DNA of 63,643 bases, filler included, from Octopus bimaculoides (taxonomy: Eukaryota): assembly GCF_001194135.2 (NCBI RefSeq). It is 4 parts of 4 records of this genome, joined end to end, with 100 filler letters (N's around TTAATTAATTAA, not from the genome) between each part and the next. Parts side by side here need not be neighbours in the genome. Positions count along the whole stretch, not along the records: positions 1 to 26,004 come from NC_068986.1; 3 more parts are not named here. One strand, given 5' to 3'. Below the pieces are notes generated by a model. The model searched no databases. It had not been told where the DNA came from and saw only the letters and a program-made list of their open reading frames with translations. This document shows positions 1 through 14,698 of the stretch, in pieces (position 1 is the stretch's first letter; each line of letters starts with the position of its first letter). Position numbers and translations under genes: made by a program.

Positions 1-13
1 CCTCTCTATAAAC

Positions 14-15
<2 letters not shown>

Positions 16-85
<70 letters not shown>

Positions 86-112
86 TAATGGTAATAATGA
101 TAATAATAATAA

Positions 113-165
<53 letters not shown>

Positions 166-215
166 ATAATAATAATAATAATAATCATAATAATAATAGT
201 AATAATAATCATAAT
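16..215 (+). repeat. Compound (TAA)n/(TAG)n microsatellite
   Basis: Directly visible triplet runs; source of the poly-I/T/N ORFs in the track. Confidence 0.97.
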
Positions 216-810
216 AAGGAAAGTGTCAATCACCTTTTGAGTGTGTGCAGTATGGTAGCACAAAAACAAGAGTAAATGCGTAGACATGACTGCAAGCAAA
301 TCAGTGTTTTGTGATGTTAGCCGAGTGTGTGATTTCACCACAACAGAAAAGTGGTATGAACACGAGCCAAAGATTGTGATAGAAAATGAGAATTACAAAG
401 TCTTGTGGGATTTCCCATAAAGGCTAACCTTTTTTACTGAAGAAAAAAAAAAGATCATAGAGGACAAAGTAAATAAACAGTGTAAACTGAGAGATTTTGC
501 AATTTTCTATTATAACAGAGTCGATGCGAAAGTAACTGAAAAAACTTAGAAATATCAGGATCTAGCCAGAGAGCTGGGGAAACCGTGGAAGATCAAGACA
601 ACAGTTATTCCTGTAGTAGCTGATGAACTTGACACAACACCCACAATTCTATCAAAGAAATTGAAAGAGACTGGAATTAAAACTCGTACAGAAAAGTACC
701 ATCCAATATTCTACAAGAATCCTTAGAAAGATTCTTGAGATTTGAGGAGACTTGCCACCAAATATCAAGATAAAATGCCTGCTAATTAAATTAACATGCA
801 TTAACATAAT
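216..810 (+). mobile_element. 5'-truncated R4/Dong-clade non-LTR retrotransposon, C-terminal CCHC and RLE region, decayed
   Basis: Translates with breaks as ESVNHLLSVCS..RRHD, KWYEHEPKIVIENENYKVLWDF, KYQDLARELGKPWKIKTTVIPVV. Starts directly after the TAA tract. Confidence 0.8.
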
Positions 811-859
811 AAGAAAAGGAAGAGGACGAAAACAAGACATACAATCCCTTAAAATTTGA

Positions 860-1150
860 AATTGGAAAAATTTGAAGTATGAGAATGGAAAGGTCGTGCC
901 TATAACAATTGGTGCATTGGGATCAGTAGGCGAACATATTGAGAAATAGCTGAAGGAGGTTAGGTTGGAAGGTTGGAATAGAATGCCCTGTAGAGCTCCT
1001 ACAGAAAGTTAGTCTTTTAGGGGCAGCAAAAATTATCAGAATTCTAAGCAGTTGAAAAACTACTGAAAACTTATGGATACCTAAGGTTAGAGGTAGTAAC
1101 CGACTACCCATATGAGAAGAAGACCGAACCTAAGTAAAACCAAAGAAAAA
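860..1150 (+). mobile_element. Second R4/Dong-type 3' fragment
   Basis: KVVPITIGALGSV..ELLQKVSLLGAAKIIR matches the VIPIVIGALG..LQK..LLG RLE C-terminus. Confidence 0.7.
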
Positions 1151-1154
1151 AAAA

Positions 1155-2695
<1,541 letters not shown>

Positions 2696-2759
2696 TAATA
2701 GAAAAAAAAAAAAAAGTAATGATATACTTTCGGGAAATGCAGCAGGCGAACCAGTAGCT

Positions 2760-3560
2760 GAAGAAAATATGTCCCAAACTGAAAAAGCAAAACACAAAAA
2801 ATATAGCCAAACTAGCCTCTAATACACTGAGGAGAAATGAGAGCAAATCACTATTGCAGGGCAAATATCCAATTAGAGGCAAGGATTCTGATGTAGACCA
2901 AACTCTTACACATCATGTTCTAGTCTTAAGCCAGGATCCGAGGGACGAATCATTATTGCTCGGGATTAGTTCTTCCAAACTAGGAATTACCTGTGTAATG
3001 TTATGAAACATGAAAGCAGCCCAATGTACCGCATATGCCGAGAACATCTAGAGACACTCGACGATATAATCTTTGGATGCGGTCGACTGGTACAAATAGA
3101 CTACTTGCAAAGACGTGAGAGGGCGGCCACACATACAAGCTCTTCCGCAAACAGGATTGGCGAGAACATAAACCAATAGAATTTACTTAGAAAGCTGAAG
3201 TTATCAGCGTTTGGAATATTAGTGTTCAGACTGATTAGAAGGTTCAGGATAACCGACTAGATATCATAGTCAAGAAATTCATGTTGAAGAGGCATGTCTT
3301 TTAATGAATGTTACGGCTTCAGCTAACAAACGAATGCATCTCAGTAAATGTTTGAAAACCTGAGGACATAAAGACTAGAGATAGAAACCAGAAGAATGCT
3401 GCATCTTAAAGCAGAAAAATTACGTGCTGTTAGAGCATTTGGAATGACAGCAAAAGGAACGTATGAATATGCAAACCAAAATTTTGGCAGCTCCAAGTTA
3501 TAGGCTCCTCACATATTTCACGTTAATTCCTCTGCATGCAAATGAAATCTTACCCTCTCA
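2760..3560 (+). mobile_element. Decayed R4/Dong-type fragment (zinc knuckle and RLE)
   Basis: KSLLQGKYP, MYRICREHLETLDDIIFGC, VWNISVQTD..DNRLDII, with many stops and frameshifts. Confidence 0.7.
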
Positions 3561-3712
3561 GTGATATCGTAAATTTCATAAAGAGATAGCTTTACAGACA
3601 GACAAACAGTTTTTTTTTCAATTATATGGTACCTTACCTGTTCAAAAACGTGTTCCTTAATGTTTCTGGCTGCGATTTGGGCGCAACTTTTATAAACTGA
3701 AGTAAAATAGTG

Positions 3713-3770
<58 letters not shown>

Positions 3771-3787
3771 TAATAATAATGATGATA

Positions 3788-5870
3788 ATTTCTTTATTCA
3801 CTCCTAAGGGTTAACAAAATACATTATGGTCGGTACAAGACAATGCAACGTGAGGCTGCAAATATTGAAGCGTGTAAGTAGTAAAAAATAACAATTTAGA
3901 TTTTAACAATGAAAAGTACTCCAAAAGAGGGTGATTCCTTAGGGTGGCTCGTGGAGGCTTCTCACAAAACTACAGTCACCCTGACCACTGGGGCAAGTGC
4001 CCTCTCCACATCATCTTCGTTCAATATACAGGTCCATTCACTTAAAGCAGGTCCATTCACTCGGATGATTCTTACTGCATTCTCCCATCTTTCAATAAAA
4101 TTTCTGGAAGAGAGCACTTCCCTCTCCAACCTCACCTTCCTTTTCGAGCGAAACTTGAAAAGGATGATGAGGGCTTGGACAAAGAGGTACGTGTCTGACG
4201 CAGCTCTTTCAATTTGGTCCACCATACAACCTTTTTCGTTAAGGCCACTCACTCGACCAAAAAACATTGCCCACCCTTCTCGGCCAAAGAAAAGCGTCGG
4301 GACGATCTTCTCAATAGACTCAGCTGACAGCTGGATCCGTTCAAGATATAACAGCAGATGTTCGACATAAACCCACAAGTCAGCAATTCTCGGGCATTAG
4401 ACAGGAATGAGATGGATAGTTTCGTCACTCTGCGCGCATCTCGAGCAAGCCTGGCAAAGGCACTTCTTGCCAGTAATGTTTGTCCCGAATCGGCAATGCA
4501 CCCGGTAGCACTGCAGGGCTAATGTCTGCATATTTTTGAATGTTTTATTAAGTTCTTGTTAGAGTCTATGGTTGAGTAGTTGATGATACCTTGGGATTGC
4601 TGTACATATGAGTCTGGATTGCTATGTGTTTACAATTGTGGAGGCGTTTTTAATACTGGTGGTGCTTGTAGAGTTGGAGAATTTGTAACTGTATTGGTGT
4701 AGAGTGTGTAGGTGTGTAATGGTTTGTTAGTTTCTCTGGATCTTTCTTTAACCTCTTCATTTTCAGTCTTGTGCCGTGTTTTTCATTTTGTAGTTCTTTT
4801 CTTTTTCTTTTTTTACCAGGATCTATTTGGGTGGGTTTTCCAAACTATTTTCCTCGTCAGACGAGTTTTCACAGTCGGTAAAATTTGTAGCAGTGAGAAG
4901 TATGTCTGCATAGTCACGCATTTCTAAGCTGGTTGTCTGGTCGACAGGTGCCGGTGATGTTATTTTTTTTCTTGGTTGTGGTGCCGGGGTTTGCTGCTGA
5001 TGTTGTTGAATGGATCTCCCCTGCTGCTCTTCTGTTAATGTTGTTGTCTTAGATACTACTGCTCTTGGCACTGACACTGTTAGTGTTGTCGTTGGTGCTG
5101 CTGCTGTTGCTTTTGATGCTGTTGCTGTTGTTGTGCTGGACGTGTCTGTAGCAGCAGAGGTTTTCATTTTCTTTGCACAGGACATAAATCCCTTAAGTGG
5201 TTTGTCGTGTCACAAATGTGGCGTTTCGGTTTTCTGCCTAAGAATGCTACGAATTGCTGTGTACCTTTAGGGAGGTTGATCAAGTCAGGGAAAGCTTCGA
5301 TACCTACTCATCGGCATGTATGAATAATTCTATTACTGTGCCTAAACAATTTTTATTTTCCATTTTGTGCACTCGGCGAATTATTGTTTTGTTGTCTAAA
5401 TCGTATAATACAGCTGCCACCAACAAAACCACGCCCACTTCTGATGGTATTTCTGCTACTTTTATTTTAATCCCCCTCCTACCAAGGTATGTCGGAATTA
5501 GCAACATTTCTTCACTTTTGAGGGTTGTTTTTCCGCTTTCTTTGGCTTATTCTCCAGTTGGGAGTTTTACCTCAACTTTGCTAAAGCGTCTCACGCAGGT
5601 GACATAAATTTTTAATTCCTAGACTGGTTTTAAGCTTTGTTTAATCTGAGACTGCGTCGCTGTCTGCAGTTATCTGGTTTTTGTCTTAAATGCATTAATA
5701 TATAACATTTAGTTTTTCTAGTGTCTTGTATTTCCCCTGGTGTATTTAGAAATACTATTCTGCCTTTATTGGCACTTTGGCATCATTTAACAGGTTTACT
5801 GATACGTCAACTTTCTCCATTTAACGACACGCTTGTGCGAAACCGTCCCCATTTTATTTAGAAATAAGAA
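3788..5870 (-). mobile_element. Tx1/L1-type LINE with gag-like ORF1 and ORF2 C-terminal zinc finger; endonuclease and RT absent
   Basis: ORF1 remnant with knuckle RHICDTTNHLRDLCP (CX2CX4HX4C, first Cys mutated). ORF2 C-terminus QCYR-GALPIRDK..CSRCAQSDETIHL..CPRIADLWVYVE. 3' end AATAAAGAAATT followed by (ATT)n. Confidence 0.75.
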
Positions 5871-6013
5871 CGGCCGCTGTTTTCCTTGTATTAATATTTG
5901 TGTTGGTGGTGGTGGTGATAGTGGTGACGCTGGTGGTGGATTTGCTGTTGCCACTAGTAGTGGAGGAGAGGTTGTTGTTGCTGCTGTTAGCATTATCTCC
6001 GTTGTCCCACCGC

Positions 6014-6365
<352 letters not shown>

Positions 6366-7755
6366 ATGAAAGAAGAAAAAACATAAAAAAGGAAAGTAAA
6401 AGCAACATCATCATAGTTATTTAACTCATTTTAATTAGAAGTTAATTAATCAATGAAGTCCAAAATAAACAAGACAATATGTCTGAACAACACAGGTTTT
6501 CATAACAATTCTGTAATTTGCATATACAATAGAAACAGATGAGAAGGTGATGCTGTCACGTGAATTTCTGATTCAAAATGGTCTTTTATTCGCTTTTTAA
6601 ATAAGAGAGGTCGCATTGAAATGATTTCCGGTTAGACCTGTTTATAGATATGAAATAATAGGGTAGAATTGAAAGTTCTTTCTGAATGGTTATGTAATCA
6701 GAGGTAAAAATTGTGTAAAACAATATCGTATCGGGATAATAGCTTTCAGTTAGTCATTTATTCAATCGAAAACTTACATATTCATGCATACACTCATCAT
6801 GAACAAAAAATGTATATATACACGCTTTCATATATTCGTACATAAATGCATGCTTACATATATACATGCATACACACTAGATAGATGCTTATATATATAC
6901 CTGTGTAAAAGACATTCACGCTCCTCTCTCTCTCTCTTCCTCTGTATNNNNNNNNNNATACATATGTGTGTGTGTGTGTATGTGTGTGTATGTATATATG
7001 TATATGTATGTTTACATATAAATGTATGTGTGTATATGTACATATATATAAATACACACGTATATATAAGTGCATGTATATGAATATGTATCCATTCATG
7101 TATATATTTGCAAATAAGCGTGAAGACGCACAATATATAGCTGATATAGACAAACCTCTATCCATACCCGACTCAACGATAACTACTTTAGTAGGCAATA
7201 TACGTTGGAGTGCATGAAACCTGTTTCGAATTGAGAAATAATATATCAAGGCGCAAGAAGAATTGAAAAGCTATATGTGAAAAAATCCCGCGAAATACTA
7301 GAAAAATAATGCAAACATCTAAATTACTACCAGCCTTATAGTATGGGAAACGTATAATTTTAGTTGGTAATTTTTGGTCAACAGCTTCGTTGAGATGTCA
7401 CTTGATGATATCCATATAAGGAGCAGGCGTGGCTGTGTCGCATGCGAATTACCTGCCTCACTCAGCAGAAATGCAATTCTCGCAGAATGGAATTAAAAAC
7501 AAGGCATATTTGCATGTTGTAGAATCAACTTGATGGAGCTATTCATTAAAAGTCATAAATGGCGTAATTGGTAGTTTGTCTGGTTTTTGATGTGTCGCTT
7601 ACACAGTGTTTAGAGTACAACAGACTGGATGTACCTACACTTCAGGATATTACATGTTGTTGACAGTTGTATGTGTTGTTTTTTTCAATAGTTCAACGTT
7701 GAGTTTGCTGCCGCATACACAAAATGCTTTACTGTTTTTATGTATTTTTCTATAG

Positions 7756-7782
7756 AATGAATTGCGCTAACGAAGCCGAGTC
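7756..7782 (+). CDS. Candidate 27-nt microexon (phase 2-2, MNCANEAES)
   Basis: TTTTTATGTATTTTTCTATAG acceptor, 27 nt, then GTAAGT donor. Only one reading frame is open. No homology evidence. Confidence 0.3.
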
Positions 7783-7962
7783 GTAAGTGTAATGAAGGTC
7801 ACAGATAAATATATATCCCAGTATTTCCATGCAGACCTTCCCTTAGTTAAAACAACATCAGCAACGACACCTGTGCTGATAGTCATTCTACTAGTGAGCT
7901 CTCATGATGTATGATCGAATATATAACTTGCCTAATAGTTGTGTATTTTTCATATAATCACA

Positions 7963-8659
7963 TATTGGGTCATCCCATAAATAATGCGGGTTTTAATACT
8001 TATAATCTTTCAAAATTAAGATAAACAAATTCTTTTTTAGTCTAAAGTATACTCTCCTTCATTTTCTACAATGCTCTTCCATCTATCTGGTAGAATTGCA
8101 AAGCCCCTCTTCTAAAATTCACTTATCCGTGACGAAAAATACTCCTTCAGTATTGTTTTGACCTCGTCTACAGAATTCATATTTTTTCCGTCCAAATGGT
8201 TTTGAAGACTGTGGAATAAATGATAATCAGATGGGGCAATGTCCGGCTAATATGGTGGGTGGGTCATCGTTTCGCATTAAAACTGCTCCAGCTCTTAGAA
8301 TATCATCCTCGCTGTATGTGACCGAGTATTATCCTGATGGAAGAAACCTTCCGTCTTGAAACCAAAGATGGTCGTTTTTCTTCTAGCGCTGACTTGACTG
8401 ACTGGTTGAATGATCAAATCAAAGCTTCTCTGCTAGTTCATCAACTGTCGCGATGGAATTTTGTTCTGTCAGGGTTTGCTGGAAGAGGCTCGTGTTCTAG
8501 GCTGTAGTTTCCGGCTCGGAATTTTTGGAACCACCGTTGACACTGGCTTACGCTTATTGCCCGATCTCCATATACTGCATTAATATTCCTTGTACTTTCT
8601 GTTGCGTTGTTGCCTTTATGGAACTCATAAAGCAAAATATGCTGAATATGGTGTCTTCT
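7963..8659 (-). mobile_element. Mariner DNA transposon, internally deleted, cut by an N gap
   Basis: TIR TATTGGGTCATCCCATAAATAATGCG at 7963. LYEFHKGNNATESTRNINAVYG..WFQKFRAG HTH, HQDNTRSHTA, PHPPY.PDIAPSDYHLF. Confidence 0.92.
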
Positions 8660-9063
8660 NNNNNNNNNNNNNNNNNNNNNNNNNNNNNNNNNNNNNNNNN
8701 NNNNNNNNNNNNNNNNNNNNNNNNNNNNNNNNNNNNNNNNNNNNNNNNNNNNNNNNNNNNNNNNNNNNNNNNNNNNNNNNNNNNNNNNNNNNNNNNNNNN
8801 NNNNNNNNNNNNNNNNNNNNNNNNNNNNNNNNNNNNNNNNNNNNNNNNNNNNNNNNNNNNNNNNNNNNNNNNNNNNNNNNNNNNNNNNNNNNNNNNNNNN
8901 NNNNNNNNNNNNNNNNNNNNNNNNNNNNNNNNNNNNNNNNNNNNNNNNNNNNNNNNNNNNNNNNNNNNNNNNNNNNNNNNNNNNNNNNNNNNNNNNNNNN
9001 NNNNNNNNNNNNNNNNNNNNNNNNNNNNNNNNNNNNNNNNNNNNNCTCCTCCTCCTCCTCCTT

Positions 9064-9091
<28 letters not shown>

Positions 9092-9097
<6 letters not shown>

Positions 9098-10108
9098 CCA
9101 CCTTAGTGAAGGCAGAAGTATTGTTTTCAGTTGTGTTTGTTTATTTGTCTGTGGACAAGATATCTCTGGATGGATTCGGATGAAACTTTTAGGGATGTTT
9201 GGCCTCGTGACTGGCACGAACTGATTAAATTTTGGGATCGATCCAGCACAGGGCAAGGATTCTGGATTATTTGTTATATTTACTCTACCTTACATGAAGT
9301 ATTACCATCTTACGTTGACTTTCAAGTCTTTCTCTGATTGTCTCCCTTGAAAGCACGCTCATGGTTTCCACGTAAGGTATGGCGGCGGTACTGTTTCCAA
9401 AGTTTTATTTTCGTTTCTCTATTATTAATTTTACTCGCGTCTCTATCTTAGAAACTGATGAAGAAAGAAATCAAGCTACATTAACAAACGACAACAAAAC
9501 CGATCAGAAATTAAACAGCACTAATATATTCAGCAACAATAACAGATTTAATTTATCCTCCTCAATTTTTAGTTTTACAAATTTTGAATATATCACTTCT
9601 GTTTAAAACCGCTTACTTGACAATTATATTTCTAGCTCTGCCTTGAAGGAAGCTTTACTTCTTGGACTCACGTTTTTGTGCGCAACGATGTTGTTAAACC
9701 TCCGTTAAGAGCACCGTATGCAGATCTGTTCCGTTTTGTTTCACGCACGGATAAATTTTTCACTATCGACCTTAATGGTCGTAAAAACACTATATCAGTG
9801 GATAGATTAAAAAAAGGCCTTTATAGAGAAAACTGTCCCTGTTCTCATTGCAGACAACACGCACACAGCATTACAAATACGGCCAGTACACCCACCTTCA
9901 CATTCCATGACTACCATTGGGATCGATCAGGTACAGGAGAAGGATTCTGGATTATTTTTCCTTTTTATTTTTGAGAGCGGTCGGGTTAAATTTTAGTTTT
10001 CTGAGTTTATTTCAGACATTGCTCATTTTAAAAATCATCTCCAGCTAACCGTTGAGAGGACGTTCGTATTGCCTTGGTGGAGGTTTGCGCTCTCTGAGTG
10101 CTCTTGTT
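9092..10108 (+). mobile_element. Non-autonomous Helentron-like (HINE/DINE-1-like) element carrying an internal insert
   Basis: 5' CTTCCACCTTAG hairpin, GTTT/GTCT microsatellite, inverted subterminal CCTTGGTGGAGG, 3' hairpin GCGCTCTCTGAGTGC and T-rich end. Homologous to 31810-32141. Confidence 0.6.
9660..9830 (+). mobile_element. Gypsy LTR retrotransposon integrase C-terminal (GPY/F) fragment
   Basis: THVFVRNDVVKPPLRAPYA..FVSRTDKFFTIDLNGRKNTISVDRLK. Confidence 0.8.
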
Positions 10109-10123
10109 ATTGCTGTTATTATT

Positions 10124-10363
10124 AAGGTGGCGAGCTGACAGATTCGTTAGCCTGCCGGGTATAATGCTTAACGGTATTTCGTCTGCCGCTACGTTCTGAG
10201 TTCAAATTCCGCCGAAGTCGTCTTTGCTTTTCATCCTTTCGGGGTTGATAAATTAAGTACCAGTGACGCACTGGAGATGATGTTGTCGACTAGTCCCCTC
10301 ACTCCAAATTTCAAGCCTACAGTAGAAAGGATTATTATTATTATTATTTTTATTATTATTATT
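10124..10363 (+). mobile_element. Family-1 SINE with (TTA)n tail
   Basis: AAGGTGGCGAGCTG head, GAGTTCAAATTCC B-box-like motif, core, tail GTAGAAAGG(ATT)n. Confidence 0.92.
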
Positions 10364-12810
<2,447 letters not shown>

Positions 12811-12945
12811 TCTCCCACACTGTAGGAGAAATAACGGTTGTAATTTTTGACATTTCAAAAATATACTGTTTTGCATTTGCATTCAACATAAGGTGGCTAC
12901 ACACCAAAACACCAACGCTCATCAAAGGGGTAAAGTAAATGCAAT

Positions 12946-12947
<2 letters not shown>

Positions 12948-13038
<91 letters not shown>

Positions 13039-13065
13039 ACACACACACACACATACACACACACA
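12948..13065 (+). repeat. (CA)n microsatellite
   Basis: Directly visible. Confidence 0.97.
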
Positions 13066-13400
13066 AAGTAGTAAAAACCAAAGTTAATTAAACAGCATGA
13101 TATTAACATCTTGACAGAATGCACTGACAGTAATTCGAAAAGTCCTAAGGCTAACAACTTCGATGCACCCGGCACGCGCTAACAAGCTTTACGAAAACAG
13201 TGCAAATATCAGTTTATCGTTCACTAACCCTGTCAGATATAAATGATTATTTACCAGAAAGTAACATCTTTTCTATTGCACTTCATCCATGACAAGAAGG
13301 AAGAAGAGTCAATAATCGTTGCATAACCAAGTTCTGAACAGGTTTCCCTTTTCCTCTTAAAAAAAATATTAGAAGTAACTCTTGCCGCTATGGATCAATC

Positions 13401-13540
13401 ACTCTCTCTGTCTCTCTCTCTCTGTCTCTCTCTCTCTCTCTGTCTCTCTCTCTGTGTCTCTCTCTCTCTGTCTCTCTCTCTCTGTCTCTCTCTCTCTGTC
13501 TCTCTCTCTGTCTCTCTCTGTCTCTCTCTCTCTCTGTCTC

Positions 13541-13580
<40 letters not shown>

Positions 13581-13642
13581 TGTCTCTCTCTCTCTCTGTC
13601 TCTCTCTCTGTCTCTCTGTTTGTCTCTCTCTCTCTCTCTCTG
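13401..13642 (+). repeat. Compound (CT)n tract with periodic GT interruptions
   Basis: Directly visible, strongly pyrimidine-biased strand. Confidence 0.95.
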
Positions 13643-13856
13643 TCGTAGCAGTCAAAATGGGGTTTACGGTGTGAAGAAGCAAACTAAGCTGATGGATCAA
13701 ATGCCTTCATCTTCAGAAAAACTGCAATAGGTGGGACCTTAATTTAGAAATAAGTCCGAACGATCCCCTAAAGTAACAAAACCATACCGGATCAGTGCAC
13801 CTCTGGGAGTGTGGGGGAAATGCTATGCGACTGGTATTGCAGATTCATATACCTAG

Positions 13857-13952
13857 CTGTTACACATGTGGCAGCTCTTAAAACCTAACTGCGATACATA
13901 TGGCAGGTCCTAAAATCTGACTGTAACACATGTGGCAATATAGGCCATTTGA
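13857..13952 (+). repeat. Three imperfect 32-bp tandem units with zinc-knuckle-like coding potential
   Basis: Units start at 13857, 13889 and 13921, consensus-like CTGTxACACATGTGGCA. Units 1 and 3 read CYTCGS and CNTCGNIGHL. Confidence 0.6.
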
Positions 13953-14477
13953 CGTATTTTCTCTCTGAAGAACTCGAGAAGCAGAGAAAAAGAAAACATT
14001 AGATTCAGCAGCAACAACAGTAGGGGCAGGGGTTGCTATCTTAGCTCTGAGCAGAGTTTGAAAACTTTTCTCAACAACTGTCATAGAAGTGGAGGATAAA
14101 GAAACTGCCGATCATATAGTGGGGGACTAACCGATTATCTGACAAAGTGTAGTGTTGAACAATAAACAAATGTGGCAAATGCAAAGAACAGCAAAAAGAG
14201 GGAAAAATACACTCACAGAAAGAAGGCAGAATGTACCTAAAGGAAAGGCGAGGAAAACATTCAAAGTGGACCCATATCAGCCGCCATGATTTTCATAGTT
14301 CTTAGCAAACGAAGCTACGAAGGACAACTTAACCTCCTCGAACATTTAGGGAATGAGACAGGGTAAATTTTTGTGGAGTATATGACAGATCGGCCACTCT
14401 CGAAAATCATCTTTGTGTGCTACTTAGAACTATGCGCGAATCACAACAGTGACGTGGAACATTATTATCCGCTTCGA

Positions 14478-14698
14478 AAGGCGGCGAGCTGGCAGAGTCG
14501 TTCCCGCACAGGGCAAAATGCTTAGCGGTGTTTCGCCCGTCGCTACGTTCTGGCTCAAATTCCGCCGAGGTCGACTTTGCCTTTTATCCTTTCGGGGTCG
14601 ATAAATTAAGTACAAGTGAAATACTAGGGTCGATGTAATCGACTTAACCCCTCCTCCCAAATTTCAGGCCTTGTGCCTATAGTAGAAAGGATTATTAT
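14478..14698 (+). mobile_element. Full-length family-1 SINE
   Basis: Head, B box, core and GTAGAAAGGATTATT tail are all present. Confidence 0.93.
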
